Made by a program: the position numbers and the translations under genes
The notes under the pieces: generated by a model
Databases searched by the model: none
Seen by the model: only the letters and a program-made list of their open reading frames with translations
Told to the model about the DNA's origin: nothing
Part shown: piece by piece, positions 22,501 through 30,845 of the stretch
Layout: every line of letters begins with the position of its first letter
Position numbering within the stretch: position 1 is the stretch's first letter
From: Cyanobacteriota bacterium
GTDB taxonomy: Bacteria > Cyanobacteriota > Cyanobacteriia > Cyanobacteriales > Nostocaceae
NCBI GenBank assembly: GCA_046045965.1
Contig: JBJOKS010000025.1
Coordinates: 34,188-98,187, forward strand
Length of the DNA stretch: 64,000 nt
Direction: 5' to 3'

Positions 22501-22771
22501 ATAAAATTTGAGAATTAGATGAGTTTGATTGAGCTTGAAAATCAAACTCTATGAAAATAAATTCATCGCTACCAATCTTTTGAGGAATTAAATTAAGTAT
22601 AGAAGATTTACCAATACGTCTTTGTCCATACAATAAAGTTAATTGTGCATTTTGGAGAAGACTATCAGCAATCAGAGAAAATAAATCTTCCCGCCCAAAA
22701 AATTTGTCTGGGTCTCTAATCGGACGGCCTATAATGTAAGGATTAGGAGGTAGATTTGGTATATTAGTCAT
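19589..22771 (-). CDS. STAND-like ATPase - cytoplasmic TPRs - TM - TPR - type I periplasmic-binding domain protein (paralog)
   Basis: PNPYIIGRP..FFGRE, GQRRIGKSS, VFLWDEFD, CAGSPYFTQ, TPR-like helices (ALSLYKEAVKLNP; AEEQFTLVLQIDP), TM FLGGLAIILLVGLGGY, PBP1 C-terminus. Confidence 0.85.
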   Translation of the reverse strand: MTNIPNLPPNPYIIGRPIRDPDKFFGREDLFSLIADSLLQNAQLTLLYGQRRIGKSSILNLIPQKIGSDEFIFIEFDFQAQSNSSNSQILCSIAYKILEILDFQDDPDVLEQLAENIRTDFPRFSRDFLPQVYQNIGDKKIVFLWDEFDVLIARDDETETRIFCDYILQLLAQEERLFIIPVVGRNINKLETLLSFLRTALYKEITLLQKDKTEELITKPAEGILTYQPETIDTIFNICAGSPYFTQVICHAIYGQVRNNYQKKPNDDLRTITPQNVENVINQAIKAGQAGLAWFWDGLNLQQRIIIAAAAEAQEIANKNNQSVIEEPLTLLTNDYGIVITQYLTDAYEQLSEYGFLDETKRRVKIEFVRLWLVKEHRLKDEITNLEKINQDDVSQLLSVAENLRQNQPETALSLYKEAVKLNPNNFKCVISLAQEYLKIQNIDEASNLYNRVYQFYSQTNHHQQELIVQPLLTLAQQKSQAQNFEQALEIGTIAYQIDSEQSKDVLIEVREDYGHELILNKEWSKAEEQFTLVLQIDPNRKLSKQKLAEIQTLKSRTNLQVGDKNPAPPAPVASVNINTNTISNWLNWVLRFKGFLGGLAIILLVGLGGYTVFFSKPCAVGEKKEFGFWCVADNSRISRGDKTIFPNISNKFRDQGVQAFKKGNYQQAEELFKQAVKANQNDPEVLVYYNNSLARQQGSPFTFAVVVPADKNTTNAQEMLRGIAQAQNEFNKNNGFNGRLLEIVIANDSNEPNKAKQVAEELVKDPSILGVIGHNSSEATKAALPEYEKAGLAVISPTSTSILLDKPVFFRAVYSDEIAGQKLAEYTYKNLQLKKAIVFANPNSPYSNSVRETFTNHFEKLGGEVVRKPLIDLTADKFDAEKEVAKSVYTDKAEVAMLFPDTQHTNVAIKIAKEITIRNEKLKNNLQPGQIKELKILGVHTLYNNETLVKGGNFLDGLVIEVPWFRETSQTKKFAKKSEEFWGGGISWRTATSYDATQALIKTLSNNISRTTVLEGLQNVKLSESDTSGYPLQFTQERERQGKSILLEVKGGQFVELSN

Positions 22772-23028
22772 AATTGTATATTGATTTTCTCATCTATTGA
22801 AAAGATTTTATCAACGCCACATTAGGTTAACAATGTGTTATGTAAGATCCCATTAATAGGGAAGATTAGGAGAACTTCCCTATTCAGTCCAGTTGCTAGT
22901 TATTTAGTTGATGCTTGTAATGGATAATTTTCAGAAAAATTCCGTTGTTATCCCGTGAATCTTTTAATCCTAGACATCCTGATGAAAATACTTTACCCAA
23001 CTAGCAACTTAGATGATTAGGAATTTTA

Positions 23029-24312
23029 TTATGGCAAGAATGTTAATAGTTTCGGAATCCAATTTAACACGGTTTTGACTTTATCAGGATTCTGTGTTAA
23101 CCAAGTTACGAAGTTTTTAACTTGATCCAATTGTTTATGACTAATGAGATTTAGAAATAATTGGTTCTCTGCAAAGAATTGTTCTGATGTATTTAATATT
23201 TCCTGTGTTGCCCTTTTTTTCATCAGTGGTGAAGTAAAGGAATACAACTTGACTGAATCTGTAATAGTAGAAGTAATTACACCTCTATCTTCTAATTTAT
23301 TTAAAAGACGTTCATGCTGAGTCATAATTCTTCCTATGCCTTTTAAATTATATTTTGTATCATTTATATGACCATCCAGATCCAGCAAAGCTATCAGCAT
23401 CAATAAAAGCTGTTCTGTAGGATTACATCTTTGCCAAATTACCTCAAAAATCTGTCTAGTATCGGCTTCAAATCTCTGAGCAAATGATTCAGAATTAGCA
23501 TCCTGACCTCGCTGCATTTCTCTATATATTAAAAGTCCACCAATTTGTACTAAACTAGGATGTCCACCTGTAATATTGATAATTTCACCCCGTAATGTTG
23601 GAGGTCTAACAATATTCAAGATTTGCACCAATTCGCTAGTATTAAATAGTTTCAGGGATTGAAATAAATAGTGATTGTACCAAGGAGAAGCATGAGGATT
23701 AAGTTGAGGTCCCAGGTCACTTAGGGGTTGCAGTGAGGTAACAATCATAGATAGATATTCACTTTCTTCTGCATGAACCGCCAAACTACGACATTCTGCC
23801 AAAAATGTTTCCATTTCTGTTTCAGTGTATTGTTCGTTTGTTACCAAAGCTGCATCAAAGTCATCTACTAACAGTAATAAAAATTTACCATTATCACCTA
23901 ATTTCCGTAATGCTTGGCGGATAATGCGACTTGTAGCTGGTTTTTCTAGTAAGGGTTGAATTTTAGCTTGTAATTGTGGTTCATTATCTAATTGATCATG
24001 TAGCAAATTTAAGATTTCTTGCCAAAACCGAGCAGGTGTGAAGTCCCTAATATCTTGGCAGTAGAGTAGTACAACTGCAACTTCAGATGGATCTATGCCA
24101 TGTTCCTTTAGTGCTTGTTTAGAAGCAAGTTTCCTTAAAAATGAGGTTTTACCCATCCCCGGACCTCCCCAAATGGCAAAATGGCTGCGGTTACAGATTT
24201 GGTCAAAGGCAAAGTTAATTTCTGATCTCCGTCCGACAAAATGTTCTGGGGGAACTGCTCTTCCGGGAAAAAAGGGATTAGACATGGTAATTTTACTGAG
24301 TTTTTTAACCAA
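23029..24312 (-). CDS. Soluble STAND-like P-loop ATPase (likely start MSNPFFPG at 24285)
   Basis: NPFFPG..FVGRRSE, Walker A GGPGMGKTS, Walker B LLLVDDFD, ITGGHPSLVQ (GxP), winged-helix-like LEDRGVI. Confidence 0.85.
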   Translation of the reverse strand: MVKKLSKITMSNPFFPGRAVPPEHFVGRRSEINFAFDQICNRSHFAIWGGPGMGKTSFLRKLASKQALKEHGIDPSEVAVVLLYCQDIRDFTPARFWQEILNLLHDQLDNEPQLQAKIQPLLEKPATSRIIRQALRKLGDNGKFLLLLVDDFDAALVTNEQYTETEMETFLAECRSLAVHAEESEYLSMIVTSLQPLSDLGPQLNPHASPWYNHYLFQSLKLFNTSELVQILNIVRPPTLRGEIINITGGHPSLVQIGGLLIYREMQRGQDANSESFAQRFEADTRQIFEVIWQRCNPTEQLLLMLIALLDLDGHINDTKYNLKGIGRIMTQHERLLNKLEDRGVITSTITDSVKLYSFTSPLMKKRATQEILNTSEQFFAENQLFLNLISHKQLDQVKNFVTWLTQNPDKVKTVLNWIPKLLTFLP

Positions 24313-24639
24313 TCAAATTCTACTTGTGCATAAAGTATATTGATTCTCTGCACAGGGTTTTTACTGAATTGCTTTTACTTATCAAGATAATACATTAACA
24401 GTATATATTTAATAGCATAATACTTATCTATAGGTTGCATCATATTACATAGATAATATTAATTTGGGCAAATGCTTTCTCTCTGTGGGTTCTACTATTA
24501 TCTGACGGTAAAGCATTGTGAACAATTGTTTTGAATAAAGTTTCGATCCAGTTTTCTCAGAAGATGCTTTAAAATTCAAAAACAGCTTATTTTATTACAA
24601 TTCAATTACAGTAAAATTTTATTCAAATTAATTCCTTTT

Positions 24640-25617
24640 ATGAAAATCTGTATTGTTGGTGCTGGTGCTATTGGTGGTTTGCTCGGTGCTAAGTTAAGTT
24701 TAGCAGGTGAAGAAGTAACTTTAATTGCTCGCGGTGAGCATTTACAAGCTATCCAAAAAAATGGACTGCGGTTAATATCTGCTGATGGTTCTGAATTCGT
24801 TGCTAACCCAGCTTTAGCTACCAGTGATATTACAGAAGTTTCTCCCCAAGATGTTCTAATTTTAGCTGTTAAAACTAATAGTGTAGAAGCGATCGCTCCC
24901 GTGCTTCCCCATCTCTATCATGACACAACAATGGTAGTTACAGCCCAAAATGGTGTTCCTTGGTGGTATTTCCGCAAACACGGGGGGGAGTACGAAGGGA
25001 CAAACATCAAATCAGTTGATCCAGATGGTATAATTGAAAACTCTATTAATATTGATCGGGTAATTGGTTGTGTGGTTTATCCCGCTGCGGAAATAGTAGA
25101 ACCTGGAGTAATTAAGCACATTGAAGGTGAAAGGTTTACCCTGGGAGAAATTGACGGTTCTAAAACTGAACGTATCCAATTATTATCCCAAACTTTAAAA
25201 AAAGCCGGATTTAAAGCCCCTGTACGCAATCAAATTAGAACAGAAATATGGGTAAAATTATGGGGTAATATTGCTTTTAATCCCATTAGTGCTTTAACTG
25301 GTGCAACGCTGGAAAGTATTGCTAAATATTCCCTTACCCGTGAACTAGCTAAAAATATGATGTTAGAAGCTCAAACAATAGCCGAAAAATTAGGTATCAA
25401 TTTTGGCATTAGCTTAGAACAGCGAATTGATGGTGCTGAAAAAGTTGGCGCTCATAAAACCTCAATGTTACAAGATATCGAAGCGGGACGACCAACAGAA
25501 ATAGAAGCGATTGTTGGTGCAGTGATAGAATTAGGTAAACTCACGCAAACACCCACACCTTATATTGATGCGGTTTACGCCAGTGTTAAATTATTGGAAG
25601 CTACCCATCAAAATTAA
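24640..25617 (+). CDS. panE: 2-dehydropantoate 2-reductase family protein (PanE/ApbA; PanE2-like clade)
   Basis: GAGAIGG, LAVK, AQNGVPWWYF, WVKLWGNIAFNPISAL, HKTSMLQDIEAGRPTE. Confidence 0.9.
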   Translation: MKICIVGAGAIGGLLGAKLSLAGEEVTLIARGEHLQAIQKNGLRLISADGSEFVANPALATSDITEVSPQDVLILAVKTNSVEAIAPVLPHLYHDTTMVVTAQNGVPWWYFRKHGGEYEGTNIKSVDPDGIIENSINIDRVIGCVVYPAAEIVEPGVIKHIEGERFTLGEIDGSKTERIQLLSQTLKKAGFKAPVRNQIRTEIWVKLWGNIAFNPISALTGATLESIAKYSLTRELAKNMMLEAQTIAEKLGINFGISLEQRIDGAEKVGAHKTSMLQDIEAGRPTEIEAIVGAVIELGKLTQTPTPYIDAVYASVKLLEATHQN

Positions 25618-25765
25618 CATCTTCAAAAATTGAGGTCATTAACTTTTTGTGTTCATAATTTTGTTTTCCACTGTTACGTAATTATTCAAATCATAAGTTT
25701 TAATTGACTGTCAATATAGTTTGACTATGCTACTTTTTGAAGTGCGGAATGTGGGATGAAAACTC

Positions 25766-27058
25766 ATGAAAATTATTGCTTACAGTTATAGTGATCCACT
25801 CTTGGAAACATCTCCTGATCAAGCTAGTTGGGGTTGGGAAGTAGATCGAATTTATCAGGACTGGGGAGAGCGATCGCAATTACAACAATTATTAAATGAC
25901 TGTGAAACAGAACCTGCAAATTATTTACTGATTCGTCGTTTAGAAGAATTGGGAGATACATTAGCACAAGTTAGCGATCGCCTCAACCAATTAGAAGCTA
26001 TGGGGGTAATAGTTATTGCTACAGAACAAAAATATACCTCCGAAGCTGCTAACTTCCGCATTGAACTCCTAAACTTACTCCAAGAAATTCAACGTCAACA
26101 ACGCAGTCGCCGCATCCGTCAAGGACACGCTAAAAATCGTCTCGAAGCTTCACCACCACCAGGTAAAGTCCCCTATGGCTATCGCAAAAGTAAAGGAAAA
26201 TATACTATTGATCGCAGTACATCGCCGATAGTCAAAGATTTTTTTGACAACTTTTTACTTTATGGTTCTTTACGTGGTTCAGTTCGTTATATAGCCAAAA
26301 AATACGCTAAAAAAATCTCTGTCACTACAGGAAGACGTTGGTTAACAAATCCCGTTTATCGTGGTGATACCGCTTATCAAAATGGGGACATTATTTCTGA
26401 TACTCATCTAAGTATTATTTCTAGGGAAGAAGCAGCGCAAGTTGACCGACTTTTACGCAGGAATAGCCGTTTACCATCTCGTACCGCTAGTGCGCCTCAT
26501 TCTTTAGCTGGTTTGGTTGTTTGTCAACAGTGTCAGTCTCGGATGGTAGTCACTCGTGTTACTCAGCGTTATCAAAATCAAGAGTATTTATATTTACGCA
26601 ATACAAATTGTCCCCAAAGTCCTAAATGTCGTGCTATTCCTTACCAAGATATTTTGGAAAAGACTATTGAAATTGTTTGTCGAGATTTACCTTTAGCAGT
26701 ATCAGGAATGAATTTTCCCCAACTGGATGCTATTAAAAATAGCTTAAATGAGAAAATTAGCAATCAACAAAATATTCTTGAACAATTACCAAATTTACTA
26801 GAAACTGGGGTTTTAGATCAAGAAACAGCAAAATTAAGGTCTTACAAACTCCGCACAGAAATTTCTCAACTTCAAGCTAAGTTAGCTATTCTCCCTCCTG
26901 TAAATTTACGTTCTGTGGCGGAAGCTGTTTCTATTCCCCAGTTTTGGTTAGATTTATCAGAAGTGGAACGACGATTTTATTTACGGGAATTCATTCGGAA
27001 AATAGATATCATAAGGAATGGTAAAGATTGGGATTTACAGGTAATTTTCATTTTTTGA
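25766..27058 (+). CDS. Large serine recombinase-family protein with degenerate catalytic domain
   Basis: Recombinase domain PPGKVPYGY, WLTNPVYRG, H.SIIS; Zn ribbon LAGLVVCQQC..C; coiled coil; N-terminal AYSYSD in place of YxRxS. Confidence 0.8.
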   Translation: MKIIAYSYSDPLLETSPDQASWGWEVDRIYQDWGERSQLQQLLNDCETEPANYLLIRRLEELGDTLAQVSDRLNQLEAMGVIVIATEQKYTSEAANFRIELLNLLQEIQRQQRSRRIRQGHAKNRLEASPPPGKVPYGYRKSKGKYTIDRSTSPIVKDFFDNFLLYGSLRGSVRYIAKKYAKKISVTTGRRWLTNPVYRGDTAYQNGDIISDTHLSIISREEAAQVDRLLRRNSRLPSRTASAPHSLAGLVVCQQCQSRMVVTRVTQRYQNQEYLYLRNTNCPQSPKCRAIPYQDILEKTIEIVCRDLPLAVSGMNFPQLDAIKNSLNEKISNQQNILEQLPNLLETGVLDQETAKLRSYKLRTEISQLQAKLAILPPVNLRSVAEAVSIPQFWLDLSEVERRFYLREFIRKIDIIRNGKDWDLQVIFIF

Positions 27059-27107
27059 TTAGCTCGTCAGTTGTCGGTTGTTATTATCCCCAATCCCCAA
27101 TTACCAA

Positions 27108-28634
27108 TTAATCTTCATCTCTACTTCTAGATGATTTTGTTGATTTACCAGCATTTCTAACATTCATGACTTTACTAAGTAAATCAAACCAAAAAGGCGC
27201 TCCCATTGCAATAGCCAAACCACTAATTAACCAACCACAAAACATGGTTAACAAACTGAAAACAGGCACGCCATTTATCTTAATCGGATTCCAGCCAATT
27301 TGATCTTGTAGGTTATCACTAGTCCAACCAATTGGTAAATTAATTTCTTCTAAAATCTGTTGAGTATCAAAATTTTGGAGGCTGGAAGGATCAGATTGTT
27401 TATCTATTGTTTGTTCTACTTTATAAACAATTGCTTCTCTCAACACTGTATCTTTAGATAATCGATCAATGATATGAAATGTATCAGCATTAGCACCAAA
27501 AGCTAAAGTAATACCAATCAAAATTGCCACTCCTTTAGCATTTCGTTTGTAAACACCACCGGCTCGTTGCATAGAACTATCAAAACAGTCTTCAATTTCC
27601 CTGCGTAAGATTTTAATACCTTCCTCTGTGCTTTTAGCTTTGTATTGCGCTCGCTTGGCTATAGTTGCAATATTCCTTTTCATCCCATCTGGGAGACTAT
27701 CAACTAATTCTCGAATAGTCTTATATGTGGGATTATCTCGGTCTTGTAGAGTGGTTTCGATTTCATTATAAACAGCTTGACTTGTATCCATTAATTCTAC
27801 AATTTCGCCAATATTAGGTTTTAAACCGCCGATGATTATTGCTTCTTCAATGCTGGGAAATATATGTTGATGGAAGGCTTGCAATCGTTTCCAGGTTTCT
27901 GTTAAAATCTTATTTTCATTTTCTATATTCGCTTGAAAATTATCTATATATTTAGCCAAGCTATCTTTCATCCGACTAACACTGCTATCTATATCCAATT
28001 TGTTATTTCTAAAATCAAAAACAATTTGTGAATATTCTAACTTGAGATTTTCAAAATCATCTTTGATATCCTTGGTAATCTGATTTGATAATTCAGTAAC
28101 TTTGAGTTGTCTTAGTGACCTAGTTAAAATTGTTTCCACTTCTTGCAAGCGTTCATTTTTGAATTTTTCTAGCCTGACTTCTGTTAAACTATGGATTATT
28201 TTTGGTAGTTTTAATTCCTCTAGAAGAGTTGTAGCAAAAGTATCAGTAGCAATATAGGAAGGCGCACTATTTTCCTGGTCAAACGTCTTCTCATTATATG
28301 AGCAGTTAGTTATTGATTTTCGTATTGGACGACTGATATCAGCTATCATCCAAGTCAATCTTCTTGGTAATATAGAGAAAAAACCTTTAGCTTCTTGGTT
28401 AATACTTTTAATTAAAGGATTTCTATAAATATTATTGACGAGTTTAATTACATCCTTTGCCTCTGAATTTTTAACATCTCCAGCCAAGAAAATTTCAATG
28501 GATTTCTTTAAGTGTATAGCTCGCCATTGCAGAACTGTAGCAATTAGCTCTTGAATCTCTGATGCTAATAAACTTAAAATTAGGTAAATAAAAATTAAAC
28601 CCAGGGCGACATCTAAGATAAAAGGTAGACGCAT
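27108..28634 (-). CDS. Hypothetical membrane protein (508 aa)
   Basis: N-terminal TM (LDVALGLIFIYLILSLLAS), helical middle, C-terminal TMs ending GWLISGLAIAMGAPFWFDLL. Confidence 0.8.
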   Translation of the reverse strand: MRLPFILDVALGLIFIYLILSLLASEIQELIATVLQWRAIHLKKSIEIFLAGDVKNSEAKDVIKLVNNIYRNPLIKSINQEAKGFFSILPRRLTWMIADISRPIRKSITNCSYNEKTFDQENSAPSYIATDTFATTLLEELKLPKIIHSLTEVRLEKFKNERLQEVETILTRSLRQLKVTELSNQITKDIKDDFENLKLEYSQIVFDFRNNKLDIDSSVSRMKDSLAKYIDNFQANIENENKILTETWKRLQAFHQHIFPSIEEAIIIGGLKPNIGEIVELMDTSQAVYNEIETTLQDRDNPTYKTIRELVDSLPDGMKRNIATIAKRAQYKAKSTEEGIKILRREIEDCFDSSMQRAGGVYKRNAKGVAILIGITLAFGANADTFHIIDRLSKDTVLREAIVYKVEQTIDKQSDPSSLQNFDTQQILEEINLPIGWTSDNLQDQIGWNPIKINGVPVFSLLTMFCGWLISGLAIAMGAPFWFDLLSKVMNVRNAGKSTKSSRSRDED

Positions 28635-29092
28635 TGACAGACTCCTTCAGGGTAATTGACCAATTTAGCTTTGTAATAAGTATGCAGCCATAAGTAATCA
28701 GTAATCAGTAATCGGCTTTCATCAGATTTCACCTGTAGGTAGACAGGTTGGGAATAAAATCAGAATTTTGCCAGATTCCACAGGTGTTGATGAGAGAAAT
28801 TTACAAGCTGATGTTTGTGTTTTTGAGCCTATTACCTCTGGCTGACGGCTGACGGCTGAATGCTGATGCTTTGTATTCTTTATATCATTTAACTGGAGAA
28901 AAGCTTGTTAAATTGTTTAAAAAATAACTAAGAAAAATTTTCTTCAAAAAATTATCATTGTCGAGAGGAAACTGAGCTAATTTTGGATCTAGCCATTGCT
29001 TGTAAAAACAGTTTGTGAAGGTATGGCAACACTGGAGATTAACTCTGATCTCCATGAAATCAAACCAGCGAGTAAAATGATTAGCATAGAAT

Positions 29093-30709
29093 ATGCAAGA
29101 AGGAAGCTATATTTGGACTCATCTAGAAAAAACACAGCATCGTGCCGTTGACAAATGGATTGACAGAATATGGCTGATAATATTGCTGTTGGCTGCGATC
29201 TTGTTGTTTAGCATCAATCTTGGCGGAATGCCGCTAACAGATTGGGATGAAAGCACTGTGGCACAGGTCGCTAAAGAAATTTGGCGTGCCGAAGCAGGTT
29301 CTATGCGCTGGCTTTACCCTACTTTGGGAGGTGAACCATACTATAACAAGCCACCCCTCATGCACTGGCTAATTGCTTGGGCTTACTCTCTGGGTGGTGT
29401 GAATGAATGGACGACTCGCCTACCTGGTGCTATGCTTACAGCCCTTTCTGTGCCTTTACTGTATTGCATTGGCAGAGAGATATTTCGCCTCCGTTGGGCT
29501 GCTGTTTATAGTTCTTTGATTTATCTGACAATGTTACCAGTAGTGCGTTATGGCAGATTAGCCATGCTAGATGGCGTAGTGGTAAGCTTGTTGATGGTAA
29601 TGATATTGTGTGTGTTGCGATCGCGCCGAGATTTGCGTTATTGCTTGGGTGTGGGTATCAGTTTTGGGCTGATTTGCCTCACTAAAGGCATGGTAGGCTT
29701 ATTCTTAGGTGCTATTGCTGTAGTTTTTCTTTTTTGGGATACACCAAGACTACTCACCAGTTACTATCTGTGGACAGGAATTTTCATCGGTGTTCTACCT
29801 GTTTTTGCTTGGTACACTGCCCAACTACTAAGATATGGTTATCCTTTCTCTCAAATTGATTTAAGCAATCAACCCTTGAATCACATTGCTGCTTTTGCCA
29901 ATGGTCAGCCTCAACCACCTTGGTATTATTTCATAGAAATTCTGACATGGACATGGCCTTGGCTGGTATTTTTACCGCAAACGGTGAGCTTCACCTGGGA
30001 AAATCGGAATCTTAGCTGGGCGAAACTAATTATAGTCTGGAGTAGTGTTTATTTACTGCTAATTTCTCTGGTTAGTGTCAAATTACCTTGGTATATCTTC
30101 CCGATTTATCCTAGCTTCGCTTTGGCCTTGGGTTTCCATTTAATACAAACTGAGAATTTACGTTTATTCTCGTCCTATCCCCGTGCTTGGGTGACAAGTT
30201 TTGCGATCTTGGCTGTGGTAGCTGCTGCGGGTAGCATTTATTTTAGTTGGGGAAGCTCAGGGATAACAGAATTACAAATGATTTTGGCCGCAGTAGCAGT
30301 AACTATGACTTTAGCTGCTATTTTGGCAGAACGAGGCGATGGGCAATTTTTCAAGATTTTAGTTTGGGGAAGTTATATTTCCCTGCTGTTGTTGGTGAAA
30401 TCTAACTACTGGGTATGGGAACTAGGGGAAGCTTATCCAGTCAAACCGGTGGCCGCAATGATAGCACGTGCCAACCCCGCAGTTAGGCAAATCTACACAT
30501 CTTTTCCCTACCCTCGTTCATCTTTGGATTTTTATAGCGATCGCACCATTATTCCTGCTTCTTTTGGCGATTTGCAATATTATTGGCAGTATAGTGGACA
30601 ACCCTATTTCCTTGTCAATGCTTCTGCCTTGGACAGTCTCAAACTCAAATCTATCAAAGTAGTTGCTCAAGCCGCAGGTTGGCAATTGATCACAAAAGAC
30701 ACTCCGTAA
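29093..30709 (+). CDS. GT-C glycosyltransferase, ArnT/PMT (family 39/83)-like
   Basis: DWDE, YYNKPPLMHW, RLPGA, LTKG, QPPWYYF, KLPWYIFPIYP in a multi-TM protein. Confidence 0.88.
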   Translation: MQEGSYIWTHLEKTQHRAVDKWIDRIWLIILLLAAILLFSINLGGMPLTDWDESTVAQVAKEIWRAEAGSMRWLYPTLGGEPYYNKPPLMHWLIAWAYSLGGVNEWTTRLPGAMLTALSVPLLYCIGREIFRLRWAAVYSSLIYLTMLPVVRYGRLAMLDGVVVSLLMVMILCVLRSRRDLRYCLGVGISFGLICLTKGMVGLFLGAIAVVFLFWDTPRLLTSYYLWTGIFIGVLPVFAWYTAQLLRYGYPFSQIDLSNQPLNHIAAFANGQPQPPWYYFIEILTWTWPWLVFLPQTVSFTWENRNLSWAKLIIVWSSVYLLLISLVSVKLPWYIFPIYPSFALALGFHLIQTENLRLFSSYPRAWVTSFAILAVVAAAGSIYFSWGSSGITELQMILAAVAVTMTLAAILAERGDGQFFKILVWGSYISLLLLVKSNYWVWELGEAYPVKPVAAMIARANPAVRQIYTSFPYPRSSLDFYSDRTIIPASFGDLQYYWQYSGQPYFLVNASALDSLKLKSIKVVAQAAGWQLITKDTP

Positions 30710-30717
30710 AGAAGGAG

Positions 30718-30758
30718 GCAGGGAGCAGGGAGCAGGGAGCAGGGAGCAGGGAGCAGGG
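30718..30758. repeat. STRR (GCAGGGA)x~6
   Basis: gcagggagcagggagcagggagcagggagcagggagcagggg. Confidence 0.92.
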
Positions 30759-30784
30759 GAAGAAAAGATTTTTACCAATGCCCA

Positions 30785-30845
30785 GTCCCCAGTAAAGAGT
30801 CCCCAGTAAAGAGTCCCCAGTAAAGAGTCCCCAGTAAAGAGTCCC
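30785..30845. repeat. Perfect 14-bp tandem repeat (GTCCCCAGTAAAGA)x4
   Basis: Four exact copies at 30785-30840 plus a partial gtccc. Confidence 0.95.

Noticed and set aside
16790..22771. Conventional branched-chain amino acid ABC transporter or Ser/Thr kinase receptor
   Set aside because: No permease or ABC-signature ATPase genes and no kinase motifs; the binding domains are fused to STAND-like ATPases
25766..27058. Heterocyst excision element (xisF/fdxN-like) or prophage integrase
   Set aside because: No interrupted gene, att repeats, xisH/xisI or phage genes nearby; catalytic motifs are degenerate
28684..28870. Possible MITE or ncRNA upstream of the 508-aa membrane protein (cacctgt..acaggtg inverted, flanked by heptamer arrays)
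   Set aside because: Only one copy in the window and short pairing; not enough to support a call
30518..30778. 86-aa minus-strand ORF (PAPCSLL repeats)
   Set aside because: Antisense to the glycosyltransferase and made of STRR sequence
30785..30845. CRISPR-like array
   Set aside because: The repeats are contiguous 14-mers with no spacers, and there are no cas genes in the window
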